64,000 nucleotides of DNA from Squalus acanthias (taxonomy: Eukaryota): the NCBI GenBank assembly GCA_030390025.1, contig CM059432.1, forward strand, positions 137,022,001 to 137,086,000, given 5' to 3'. The notes under the pieces were generated by a model. It did not search any database. It was not told the origin of the DNA and saw nothing but the letters and a program-made list of their open reading frames with translations. Shown here piece after piece: positions 38,026 through 50,225 of the stretch. The stretch's first letter is position 1, and every line of letters begins with the position of its first letter. The position numbers and the translations under genes are program-made.

Positions 38026-39209
38026 ATGGGGACTGTACTGGCAGTTGACCTCGCCCTCCAGGATCTACGGTGGAGGGAGCGGAGACAGCGAGAAAGACTG
38101 GAACACTTGGCCAGAGGGAGGAGATGGGCCATAAGGGCTCTCAACAGGAGGCCTTACCCTATGAGGGTATTCTGAGAGTACTTCTCCTACCTCCAATTAA
38201 GCGAGGAGCAGTGTACTAGAAGGCTCCGCTTCACCAAGGAGGTAGTCACAGAACTCTGCCACCTCCTGCAACCAGACCTCCAGCCTCAGATCAGGGTGAC
38301 CACGGCTCTCTCAGTGCAGTCATGGTCACCATTGCCCTCAGTTTCTTCGCCAGCGGATCCTTCCAGTCTGCAACAGGAGACATAGCTAACATTTTGCAGT
38401 TCGCCGTCCATCGCTGCATCCGGGAGGTCACAGAGGCTCTCTACAGTAGGAGAAGGGACTAAATTTCCTTCCCCATCACCAGAGAGAAGCAGGACGAGCG
38501 TGCATGTGGCTTTGCCAGGATAGTGGACTTCCCCATGATGCAGGGCGCCATTGACTGCACCCACGTGGCTTTGTGGGCACCACATAACAATCCTGAGATC
38601 TTCCATAACCGCAAAGGCTACCAGTCACTTAATGTCCAGTTGGTGTGCAACCACAGACAGTGAATCCTCAGTGTGAATGCCCGCTATCCTGGCAGCAGCC
38701 ATGATGCCTTCATCCTGTGCCAAACTGGTTTACCAGCACTCTTTCAGCCACCACATCAAGCTTGTGGCTGGCTGCTCAGAGACAAGGGCTATCCGCTCTC
38801 CACCTGGCTCAAGACTCCCCTCCGCAACCCCAACACTCCTACCCAGCACTCATATAATGACAGCCATGCTGCCACCAGGAACATCATCAAGCAGACCATC
38901 GGGGTGCTCAAGCAATGGTTCCGCTGCCTTGACCGCTCGGGAGGAGCCCTCCAGTACTCGGCTGAGCGGGTGTCCCATTTTGTGGTGGTCTGTTGCATGC
39001 TCCACAACTTGGCCATCATGAGGGCTCAGCCATTGCCACCAGGGATTGTGGGACCACCTCAGGAGGAGGAAGAGGCAGAGGAGGAAGATGAGGAGGACGA
39101 GGAGGAGGACGAGGAGGAGGAGAAACAGGTGTGAGGGAGGAGGCAGCCACTCAACTGGCCTTCCGGAAGGGCGGTCCATGATCGCCTCATCAGACTGCGG
39201 TTCCAATAA
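38026..39209 (+). pseudogene. Harbinger (HARBI1-like) DDE transposase pseudogene
   Basis: RRLRFTKE..ELC, FFASGSFQ, GAIDCTH (D 38553), NRKGYQSLNVQLVC, YPGSSHD, DKGY (D 38781), TRNIIKQTIGVLK (catalytic E replaced by K); stops at 38173, 38460, 38661, 39132 and a frameshift near 38318. Confidence 0.93.
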
Positions 39210-39374
39210 ATTAAACCCCAGATCCCTGTTGCGCACCACATCCCCATCATTCCATCCCTGTCGCAGCCCATATCACAGCGCAAAGCTGAAATGAGACACA
39301 CCACTAAAGAATCCAAACTGAATTAATAAATTTATCAATAATCAGTGAACACATACTTACACCAAAAACATTAA

Positions 39375-41280
39375 CTATTCATCCTTGAGCAATCCCTTAG
39401 TGCCTGTCGTTACTGTGCCTTTGCCTACTCTAGTGCTCCTACGAAGTGTTGGCCCAGTGGGTGCAGCAGGGCTGGTGGAGGGCTGCTGAGTGTCCGTGCG
39501 GGAGACTTCAGATGGCGTTACAGGACACCCTTGACCAGCTCTGGGCCTGGAAGGCCCAGCTGTAGACTGCACCACCTCAGCATGGGCGGCAGCAGTCTGG
39601 GCTGGCTGGATGACAGGCAGCGACAAGGGCAATGGTGGAGTGGCAGTGGTGGGAGCAGGAATGCTGTCATCCTGAGAGAGGGACAGCAGCTTCCTGCTCC
39701 ACTGACCCACTGCCACTCTCCCGGGGCAGCTCCTCAGCATCCCTAGCAATCTGTTGCAGCACAGATTGCTGGCCTGCTGTGACACCGTGAAAGCCCCGGT
39801 CGACGGTGGTAGACCCAGCCATGATGGCAGCAGTCAGAGCTTGCGTGGCATGAAGCTGAGACTGCATGAGAGCAGGCTGAGATTGAATGCCACCAACCGT
39901 AGACTGCATTACCGCACTAAGATGTTGCGTCGCTTCTGCCTGTGCTGCACTGGAAGCTGCCAGATCGCCCATCACACACGGCATCAGGTCTGGGTCGCCA
40001 CGGTCTCTCTGGGAGTCTACCATCCTTTGCCGCCTGGAAATGATGGGTTCCATGGTGTGCGCAGAGCCTTGTGCAATGTTGGAGGTGGACTCCTCCACAC
40101 TCCTTATCATTGCCGAGAGGCTCTCGGGCACCGTTGCCATTGCACCTATCATCTCCGTGTGTATGCCCATCACCCTTCTTCTAAAGGCCTCCCCATCGAG
40201 GTCCTCATCTGAGTCCTGTGCAGCAGAACTCGCACGCGAACTCGCCCTCCGGGGAGCTGGCCCCCGAGCTACCCTTTCCCCCGGCCTTGCTGCAGCCCGC
40301 TCGTCCCCAGTGCCTCACCCTGTGAAGATCCCGCTACTATACTAGCCTCTAAAGAACGCGTAGTGCCAGTCTCTGAGCTGGTGCTTGCGGGTGAGACACG
40401 CAGTGACGCGGTGTGTTCCTTCCTCCTCCTCTTCTCCTGCCTCGCTCTCAATGGTGCCCTCAGGGACAGGCTGCTCAGGTGCTTGCTCATTATCTGAAAG
40501 CATAAATGCTCAAGAGTCGGGTTAAGGTAAGGGGAGGGGGGCAGGAAGGGAGAAATGCATGCATACAGCATGATTAGCTGGAAAGTGGGAAAGGCTTGTG
40601 GGGTGAGGGGAAAGTGGGATGTGTGAAGAAGGAGTAGGGATGAACATACCGTTGTTGTCCCCAAGGGAGTCAACGTCGCCAGTGGCCACAGCGCCCACCA
40701 CCTGGTGCCCAATAATCTGCAGCACTCTATTCTCCAGCTCAGACAGTGTTTGGGTGTCGGCTTGTCCCCCGCCTGTGCGCTCCTGCTCCCTCCTGTTGTG
40801 AGCCACCTTGACCTGCAAGAGAAAGAAAGTGTGTGAGTGAGTGTGGAGCAATGTGTTTGGGTGATGTGCCTGCTATAGTTGAATAGCTGTCATTATGTGC
40901 AAGGTGTGAGATGTGGGTGTGAGTGTTGGTAGGTAGAGATTGTTGGTGGGTGAGTGCTGGGGGTGTGGTGCTTTGGGCAGTGTGTGAAGACTATGGTTCA
41001 GATGGTGGCATGTAGCATTTGTTGAAGCATTCACTCACCCTGACCACCCGAGTGAGGTCATTAAATTTCTTCCTGCACTGTGTGTGGGTCCTAGGGACCA
41101 CAGTGCTGCCCGAGACATGCCACGCTACCTCCTCCACATGGTGCGGAAGACTTGCGGCAAGGGCCTCCTGCCACTTGCCGGGTAGAGCACCACCCTCCGT
41201 CTCTCCACAGCGAACACCATCGCCTCCAATGCTTCATCGGAGAATCTGCAGGCTCTCTCCCTGGGGCGTGGACCTGCCAT
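39375..41280 (-). pseudogene. Harbinger Myb/SANT-like DNA-binding protein gene, 3 exons (41280-41039, 40812-40650, 40493-39375), frameshifted
   Basis: RFSDEALEAMV...W(fs)EEVA...RTHTQCRKKFNDL|VKVAHNRREQERTGGG; GT-AG introns AGG|GTGAGT...TTGCAG| and G|GTATGT...TTTCAG| keep the frame. Confidence 0.85.
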
Positions 41281-42709
41281 GAATACAGCTGCTTCAGTCC
41301 TCCGGCTCCTTCTCCTTGACCTACAGCTGCTTGCTGAGGCAGCTGCACAGCCAGCAGTGCTGAGAATGAGGTTCTGCAGCAGCAATGAACGTCCCCTTTA
41401 AGAACTGGAAAGAGCCTGTGGCAATGATGACTTGCGATTAGACTGCACGCAATATTGGTCCACCCTTTGATTGCAACGCCAATGAACTTGGGCTTTAAGA
41501 CTTGAATTAGCGCTACAATCATTTCTTGAGCATGAATTTTGCGTGCAGTCTAAAGCAGTCGCGCCTGGCGCTAATTCTCCAACTTTTCGAATGATACCGC
41601 CCATTCCTGGGCTATAATGAATTTCTAGCCCACGGTCTGTTTCAAAGGGGTAACCACAGCGAATGCTGTTAGTTCGCCAATTACTACGCACCGCAAATTC
41701 CGGCCCCATAGTATGCGACTTTGCAAATGACATTGAGCGAAAACTTGAACCATAACTTCACTTTGGAAATCTAGCACAATTTCAAGCGCAATTTGCCCCC
41801 GGATTGCTGAAAGCGCCCAAAGCGGAAACTCTACCCCGTGCAGTAAGCACATTCAATTTTAGCTGCATTATTCATTTGAATTTTCTTTGTTTTGTTCAGT
41901 GTGAGTTCATGATCTTCATTGTATTGTACTCTCTGAAGAGAGGAGTCTTTTGTTTGGTGTGTAAACATAGCATGCTTCTTATTCCTGAGTGTTTCCCACT
42001 CTTGACACGGGAAAATTAAACTGGACGTATTTTAATTTAGAGTCTTGTCCTCCATTAAAGTTGGGAACCACTGCAACCAAAGGGTGGCGAGCCACGGGCA
42101 GCTTCGGTTCCACGGCAAATGTTCCGGATTAAAACACAGCCGCAGTAATTGCGAACAGCTAAAGGTTAACCAAGGTCTGGCTGCGAATGTTTCAATCGTG
42201 AAAGTCAAAATGAGAAAGAGTAAACAAAATGGAAACATGCTGCAATCAAATCGCGCACTCGACCCAATCACTGCAACAGTGAGGAGTGCCTGTATTTACA
42301 AAGAGTATGTTAAAAAGCAGACTAAATAGATGGATTTTGGCAGCGCAGCGCACAGACAATTGAAAAGCACTACACTAATATTCCAACCAGTTTGTTACAA
42401 TGAATGAGATGTAGATGAATACTCTGCTTCATAGGTGTGCAGGATGTGATGGAGTGTTTATAACCTGCATTCTATCTGGGCAGGCAGCATTCTTATCAGC
42501 TGGTCTTCCATTGGCAGCCTTTGCCAGCAAAACATCAGCGTACGATTTAAACTTCTCACACTGCCATTGGGGTCACTCCATGCAGCCAACGCATGCTGTC
42601 CATGCACTGTTCCTCTGTGCGGGTGCACCGTACTGGGTGGCTCCTGTACTTCAAAAAATCAACAGTAAGCTGGAAGCATCAGCCCTGTAAACTATAGAAG
42701 GAAAAGATG

Positions 42710-43504
42710 TCAGCCGTGGCTCAGTGGGTAGCACTTGTGCCTCTCAGTCAGAGGGTTGTGGGATCTCATTGAAACGTATAAAATTCTGACAGGGCTAGAC
42801 AGACTGGATGCAGGGGGGATGTTTCCCCTGCTAGGGGGTCTAGAACGAGGGGTCACAGTCTCAGGATACGGGGTAGGACATTTAGGACTGAGATGAGGAG
42901 AAATTTCTTCACTCAGAGGGTGGTGAACCTGTGGAATTCTCTACCACAGAAGGCTGTGGAGGCCAAGTCACTGAATATATTTAAGAAGGAGATAGATAGA
43001 TTTCTAGACACAAAAGGCATCAAGGGGTATGGGGAGAGAGTGGGAATATGGTATTGAGATAGAGGATCAGCCATGATCATATTGAATGGCCGAATGGCCT
43101 ACTCCTGCTCCTATTTTTCTATGTTTTCTATGTTCAAGTGCCACTCCAGAGACTTGAGCCCATCATCCAGGCTGACACTTCCAGTGCAGTGCTGAGGGAG
43201 TGCTGCACTGTCAGAGTTGCTGTCATTTGGATGAGATGTTAAGCCAAGGCCCCTTCGGGTGGATGCAAAGATCCTTTAATGCAATTTGAGGAAGAACAGG
43301 GGTGTTCTCCCCGGTGTCATGGCCAATATTTATCCTATCACCAAAAACATATTTTTCTGGTCATTTATCTCATTGCTGTTTGTGGGACCTTGCTGTGTAC
43401 AAATTGGCTGCCGTGTTTCCTACATTACAACATTGACTGTACTTCATTGGCTGTAAAGTGCTCTGGGATACCCTGAGGTTGTGAAAGGCGTTATAAAAAT
43501 GCAA
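42710..43504 (+). mobile_element. DeuSINE with a young CR1 (about 42761-43132) inserted in its tRNA head
   Basis: GGTTGTGG|CR1|TTCAAGTGCC; the SINE tail resumes at about 44266 after a MITE. Confidence 0.88.
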
Positions 43505-44262
43505 GGGGGAGAAATTGGCCTCCTTTGCACATCCCGTTAGAGCCTCCAGGAGGCATTAACGAAGCGCTACTGGCTTTGCGACCAGGTGCGGCAAGAGTAC
43601 CGATGCCCGCGGACTTCCCCTGCAGGTTAGCAGTGGCGGTAAACCCTAACGTCACGATCACCTGCGCCCCGGAAATCGTGACGTCATCCGGTGCGCAGCG
43701 CCCCGGTACCGCCCCGGATGCGAAATTGGCTTCCGCCCCCTGCAGCATCGCCGGGCGTCAACACCGGCAGCTGCAGGAGGCGTTATCACCGCGGATGGCC
43801 GCTTGGGGAGCGGTAGTTAAAGGGATTGCCGGTGAGGTAGGCAAAAATATTTCATCAAGACTCTGTGCTTTTTTTTTCTATTTTTCAGGTGCCGCACTTG
43901 ATCAGCCCTGCACTCTGTTAGAGAGCTTGGGGCTGATCGGCGCCGATCGGAGGTGCCGTCGGTGATCAGGGGATTTGTTTTCTTGCAGAGCCTGCAGCGA
44001 TGGCCCTTCCCTTTAAGGGAGGGAAGGAGCCTTCCATCACGGAAGCGCTGCACGGCCCAGTGTGCAGCGCTACACACCTGCCGCCCCGCCTGTTGCCTGT
44101 TGAGCTCCAGGAAGGAAGTGGAGCGTTTGATTTAGCGCCCCACTTCCTTCCTGGAGCGCAAAACCAATTTTTTTTAAGTTGCAAAGCATTAGCGCCTGGC
44201 GCTAATTTTTTCAACTTTTAAAAGTTAGTGCCCCAAACGGGGCTATAATGAATTTCTCGCCC
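43505..44262. mobile_element. CpG-rich non-autonomous Harbinger-type element
   Basis: TIR GGGGGAGAAATT / AATTTCTCGCCC, TSD CAA; right end homologous to 41560-41630. Confidence 0.85.
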
Positions 44263-45514
44263 CAAAGTCTTTCTTTCTTTAGTGATGTCATCGGGGTTGT
44301 AGTTTCATCAAAAGCAATTTCAGCTGTTTAGAGATTGGGGTGGGTGGGTGATTCCAATGTGAGCGCAGCAAGCACCTTCCAGCAGCCTCATCTATCTGGA
44401 ATCTATCTGTGCATCGCCCTCTACTTCTTCCAAACATATTAGCCCAAAAGGAATCCCATCGGAAAATCTCTTTGTTCCATAAAGCGGGCTGGGGACAAAA
44501 AAAAAATCAAAAACTGGCTCACGAAAGCCTTCAGTGCCAATGGGAAAAATACTAACAAGAGGGGACCCAGGAAAAGCCCAAAAATACGTACCTGTTATTT
44601 TCTGCTCTCCTGCCTGAAGGTCTGCCCTGATCCACCCTTGCTGCCAGGGTTCCAGGAGGTCCTGTGGTATCCAAAACACTTGTAGGCTGCAAGGTATATG
44701 GAGTTAGGAAACAGATCAACCATGATCTCATTGAATGGCGGAACAGGCTCGTGTGGTTAAATGGCCTCCTCCTGTTCCTATGTTCCTAAAATGGAGCAGT
44801 GCTCTTCCACACTCACTTTTGAACATCTCAGTGAAACTCTTGCCTGCTTTGGATGGAATCTTCCGACACTCCCCCCAAAGCAAAATGGACCAGGGTCCAA
44901 TTTAGGTGGCAAAATGGGTGCAGCCAAGCATATTGGACATTACAATTGGCCCCTGTGTGACCTACTTTAACAGAACTTTGCACTAAAGCAAGTTTTGGCA
45001 CAACTGTATCAAATTATATCTTATTTGGCTATTTTAATGCTGGCTGTGATCCAAAACAGAGTGACACAGAAACAGCAAGTTAATTATATGTAAATATGAC
45101 TTGTACTGCTTTTATTATATCTCATTATAGGTACCTGCTTGGCTCTGTAATAGCATTCTCATGTCTGAGTCAGAAGGTCATGAGTTCAAGCCTCAGTCCA
45201 GGACATAATCTAACTGGCACTTCAGTTCAGTACTGAGGGAATAGATAATTGGCAGATAATGACCATCTCGAACAAGAGAAAGACCAGCCATCTCCCCTTG
45301 ACCTTCAACCATCACCAAGTCCCCACCATCTACATCCTGGGGGGGTTACCATTGACCAGAACCTTCACTAGACCATTAATATCAACACTGTGGCTACAAA
45401 AGCAGGACAGAGACTGGATACCCTCCAATGAGTGACTCACCTCTGAACCTCTTAAAGGCTCTCTACCATCTACAGGGTTCAAGGTAGGAGTGTGATGGAA
45501 TACTCACCACTCGT

Positions 45515-46340
45515 TTTTTAAAATTCGTTCTTGGGATGTGGGCGTCGCTGGCAAGGCCAACATTTATTGCCCATCCCTAATTGCCCTTGAGAAGGTAGTG
45601 GTGAGCCGCCTTCTTGAGCTGCTGCAGTCCGTGTGGTGAAGGTACTCCCATAGTGCTGTTAGGGAGTTCCAGGATTTTGACCCAGCAACTACAAAGGTGA
45701 TATATTTCCAAGTCAGGATGGTGTGTGACTTGAAGGGGAACTTGGAGGTGATGGTGTTCCCATGTGCCTGCTGCCCTCGTCCTTCCAGGTGGAAGAGGTC
45801 GCGGGTTTGGGAGGTGCTGTCGAAGAAGCCTTGGCGAGTTGCTGCAGTGCATCTTGTAGATGGTACACACTGCAGCCACAGTGCGCCGATGGTGGAGGGA
45901 GTGAATATTTAAGGTGGTGGATGGGGTGCCAATCAAGCGGGCTGCTTTATCCTGAATGGTGTCGAGCTTCTTGAGTGTTGTTGAAGCTGCACTCATCCAG
46001 GCAAGTGGAGGGTATTCCATCACACTCCTGATAGATGTGCCTTGTAGATGGTGGAAAGGCTTTGGGGAGTCAGGAGGTGAGACACTGACCTGCTCTTGTT
46101 GCCACAGTATTTATGTGGCTGGTCCAGTTAAGTTTCTGGTCAATGGTGACCCCCAGGATGTTGATGGTAGGGGATTCGGTGATGGTAATTTCGTTTGATG
46201 TCAAGGGGAGGTGGTTAGACTCTCTCTTGTTGGATAATATCATTGCCTGGCACCTGTGTGGCGCGAATGTTACTTGCCACTTATCAGCCCAAGCCTGAAT
46301 GTCGTCCAGGTCTTGCTGCATGCGGGCATGGATTACTTCA
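45515..46340 (-). mobile_element. CR1 family B fragment, flanked by older plus-strand family B pieces (45250-45512, 46370-46640)
   Basis: ORF track peptides match 524-1423. Confidence 0.88.
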
Positions 46341-48791
46341 TTACCTGAGGAGTTGCGATTGGATGTAACAACACACAAGAAGCTCAACACTATCTGGAAC
46401 AGTGTAGTTCACTTGATTGGCTTCTCTGTCACCAGGCTCAATGTCAACCCCTCTATCTATCTGTGGCTGCAGTATGTAGGATCCACAGCAAATCACCACA
46501 GTTACTATGACAGCACAGGAGCAGCAAGGTTGTGGGAGCACCATCATCTCTAAGTTCCACTCTATGTCACACACCATCCTAACCTGGACATATAACGCCA
46601 TTCCTTCATCATCGCTGGGTCAATGTCTTGGAATTCTGTACTAGACGAGATGGCAGAAGGCACGGCTGTGTAGGGAGTTTTGCATGACAGCCACCATATC
46701 TGTCTGAGGACTACTCAACATGCATACTCAAAATCCTCTCTTATGGTTAACTGTATTCATTGTATGCCACTTCTTAGCTCTAGCTTGAATAGCAGACCCT
46801 AAAACATAGCAGTGCTCAGGCCATTGGGAAGAAATATCATTCAGTTAATAGGTCAACAAGGTTTCCACTTCAGCTAACCAATGGTCTAGCGCATTACAGA
46901 TGTTGGCAACGGAGGTAATCATTTCTGAGATATGGAGGGTGATTTCAACCTAACTCACCAGGCGGGAAAAGCACGGGATGATTTAACACCCTGCCCAATA
47001 TCACACTCCATTGACGTCACTGGCTTAGGCCTCCCAGATGGTCCTCAGTGCCTCCATGTGAGCATGCTGCTCATCCAGCACCCTTTTTTTAAATAAAAGC
47101 AGGGATCCCCCTTTTGCACCCCATTGTCAGATCCCACTGACCTGTGTGGCACAGTGAGGAGTAGTGAATGAACGGGTGCCACACACGCCAAGGAAAAGTC
47201 AGGGGGGGGATGGGGGAGCAGGTAGGTTGTCAAACGTCTTCTAGCACTGTGACGGAGTCCTGGGTTTCAAGATGGTGGCGCTCACTGCCACAGCGGCCCC
47301 ACTCCACAATCTGGCCGCCAAAATTCTCTCGCAGCCTGCCTGCTTCTTTCAGCGCTGCCACGACCAATGTTCTCTCTAATTGTTTTTTCGTGTGCCGTCC
47401 CTTTAACTGGCTGCGCGGCCCATTCAAATTTTCACGCAAGCGCGGTTTCGTACATGTAAAAGCCAAGTGAGCGGCCTGCACGGGACCTCCAGACCATCGC
47501 GCAGCCGCACAGCTTAACGGGAACGTTGGCCACAACCCCTTTAAGTAGAAGCAGGATATGAAACCTGCAGCTGCACCAGGTCTCTGCCGTTCCTCCAGGT
47601 ACTTCTGGCCCTCACCCATCCGACCCACCCCCCCATCCACTTTCTGCACTCACAGCAGCATCAAACATCCCTAGTTCAAGTATAATTTCCCTCTAAACTG
47701 CCTTAATAAGGTACTTTAATGCAACTTCAGAAGTACAGTTATCACTACATGAGTGTGACATTTCCATTTCTCACATCAGTTACCTTTACGGCTTCTCTGA
47801 GTAAGATTGGCAATTTAGTACTAATTTATGCCAAGTTATGTTCATTTTTGTAATGTGGTTCCTGTGCGCAGTAGGAGTTAGATTGAAGCTCATTTCACTT
47901 AGAAACCTTACAGCCATCGGAAAGGAGACTTTGCTCCCATCCGTCTGGGCTGGATTCAAATGGATTTTTGCATTTTTTTTGGGGGGGGGGGGCGGGGTGG
48001 GGGGGGTGGTTTATAACTAGAGCGGTGGAGTTTTGGAGGCCCCAGTACAGAAAGGGCATCAAAGCCAGAGGGAGTGTACAGGTGTAACTCCACCAGAACA
48101 ATATCAGGGATGGGAAACTACAGTTATGAGAATCGACTTGAGGTACAGGGATTAGTTCCATTGGACCAGACAAAGGCTAAGACGAAGATTTAACCGATGT
48201 TTTAAAATGATACGGCTGAATTTTTAACCTTTGCCGCCCGGTAGAAACGGAGTGGGGGGGCTGCTGGGGTTGAACCCCAGATATCGTGTGACCGCGGCAA
48301 TGTTTACAAGGACCTGCCGTTGGGCATTCAGAGCAGCCCCTGGAATCAGGCGGTGAAAAGACCAAGAAAGACTTGCATTTATATAGCGCCTTTCACCACC
48401 TCAGGATGTCCCAAAGCGCTTCACAGCCAATGAAGTACTTTTGTTTTGAAGTGCTGTAATGACAGGCAATTCGCACACATCAAGCTCCCCCGCACCCTTC
48501 CCGCCTCTCCATGAATATCAGGGCCCAAAGCTCCGTTCATGCCCAGCTGTTTGCATTCTATCTGGGCAGGCAGCCTTTTTTTCAGCTGGTGTTCCATTGT
48601 CGGCCTTTTCGGGTAAACCATCAACGTATGAATTAAACTTCTCACACTGCCATTGGGTCACCCCATACAGCAAAAGCATGCTGTCCATGCACTGTTCTTC
48701 TGTGCATCTGCACTGTGCTGGGTGGCTCCTGCACTTCAAACATTGACAGCAAGCTTGAAGCATCAGCCATGTAACTATAGGAACAAATGAT

Positions 48792-50225
48792 GTCAGCCAT
48801 GGCTCAGTGGGCAGCACTCTCACCTCTGAGTCAGAAAGTTGTGGGTTCAAGTCCCACTCCGCCAGACTTGAGCACAATAATCCAGGCTGACATTCCCAGT
48901 GCCAGTACTGAGGGAGCTGTCATTTGGATGAGACATTGAACTGAGGCCCCATCTGCCCCCTCAGGTGGATGTAAAAGATCCCAGGCACTATTTTGAAGAG
49001 GAGCAGGGGAGTTATCTCCAGTGTCTTGGCCAATATTTATCCCTGAACGAACATTATTAGAAACATCAACATCTGACGAAAGGTCACTGACCTGAAACCT
49101 TAGCTCTATTTCTCTCTCCACAGCTGCTGTCTGAACTTCCGAGTATTTCCAGCATTTGCTGTTTATATTTCAGATTGCCAGCATCTGCAGTATTCTGCCA
49201 TTTGTATCACTAAAAACAGAGGGGGGAATTTTGCCAGCCCTGAGGAGGTGGGTTTGGAGGTGGGACTGCCGGGAAAATGGCAGAAACTGGGAGCGGGTAC
49301 CGACCCAGCTCCCAACCCGCCTCCGTGCCATCTTCCCGGGAGGCAGGTCCCCGAGTTGCGCAGGGTCCCGTCTCCTCGAGGCGGGAAGGGGATTAGAGTC
49401 AATTAACTGCCTGTTAACAGGTAGTTAACAAGCAGTTTTGAGGCTTTTCCCCATTTTAACGCCTGCAATTGCGGGCTTCCCGACGGCTGTGAACCTCGCC
49501 AGGGTCAGCGAGGCGAGCAGTGGGTCTGCGGGGGTGAGAGGGATCGACATGTCAGCTGTAGAGGTGAGTGATGGGTGCAGGTGTGGACAGGTAAGTATGA
49601 GAGGTGAGTGTAAAGTGTTGGAAAAAGTTTCCTTACCTTTGCTTCTTCCTGCAGGCTTCAACCTTTGAGGATCCGAAGGTGCCTCATCTCAACGGCAGAG
49701 ATGACAGAATGGCTGCTGCATTCTCAGATGCAGCAGCCATCTGCTTTCTGCTGAGGAGAGAGGTCTTGGTGAGCCTGTGTGCAAGGGCTCACCTTAGAAC
49801 AGAGATTGTCAGTGTTTGACAGCTTCTCAAAGCTGTCAAACACTGACAATCCATCTGTCAAAAATTTTTTGACAGATGAAGCGTCATACGCTGACGTCAT
49901 CTGTCACCGGCTTTCCCTTAATTGGCCAGTTAGCCCACAGGGCAGGCTTAACAAGGCCAATCAAGGGAAAATAGCATGGGTTGGTCAGACGTCACTGGGG
50001 GCGGGACTAGAACTCGAAGGCAGCAGTCCCGCCCCCAACTCGTCTCAGCTGGCAAACTCTAGCCCAAATTGTCTGGTCATTATCTCATTGCTGTTTGTGG
50101 GATCTTGCTATGTGCAAATTGGCTGCACAAGTGACTATACTCAAAAGTAACTTAATTAGCTGTAAAGCACTTTAGGGTATCCTGAGATTGTGAAAGTTGC
50201 TATATAAATGTCATTTTTCTTTTTT
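48792..50225 (+). mobile_element. DeuSINE carrying a Penelope fragment (49073-49206) and a family X element
   Basis: Head at 48792; SINE resumes at 50066. Confidence 0.85.
49221..50065 (-). mobile_element. Non-autonomous Harbinger-type element (family X)
   Basis: Imperfect TIRs GGGGGGAATTTTGCCAGC / GCTGGCAAACTCTAGCCC, flanks AGA/AAA; colinear with the reverse complement of 21981-22829. Confidence 0.85.

Larger units (their letters stand above)
36525..41706 (+). mobile_element. Decayed autonomous-type PIF/Harbinger DNA transposon
   Basis: TIR GGCCTGGAATTTGCGG / CCGCAAATTCCGGCCC (14/16), flanks TAT/CAT; transposase plus Myb-like gene; flanks rejoin into an element also seen at 56229. Confidence 0.85.

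Noticed and set aside
38026..39209. Domesticated host HARBI1 gene
   Set aside because: Multiple stops, a frameshift, flanking TIRs and a partner Myb gene show a transposon copy
48792..48870. tRNA gene
   Set aside because: tRNA-derived SINE head running into the Deu core; no full cloverleaf or terminator
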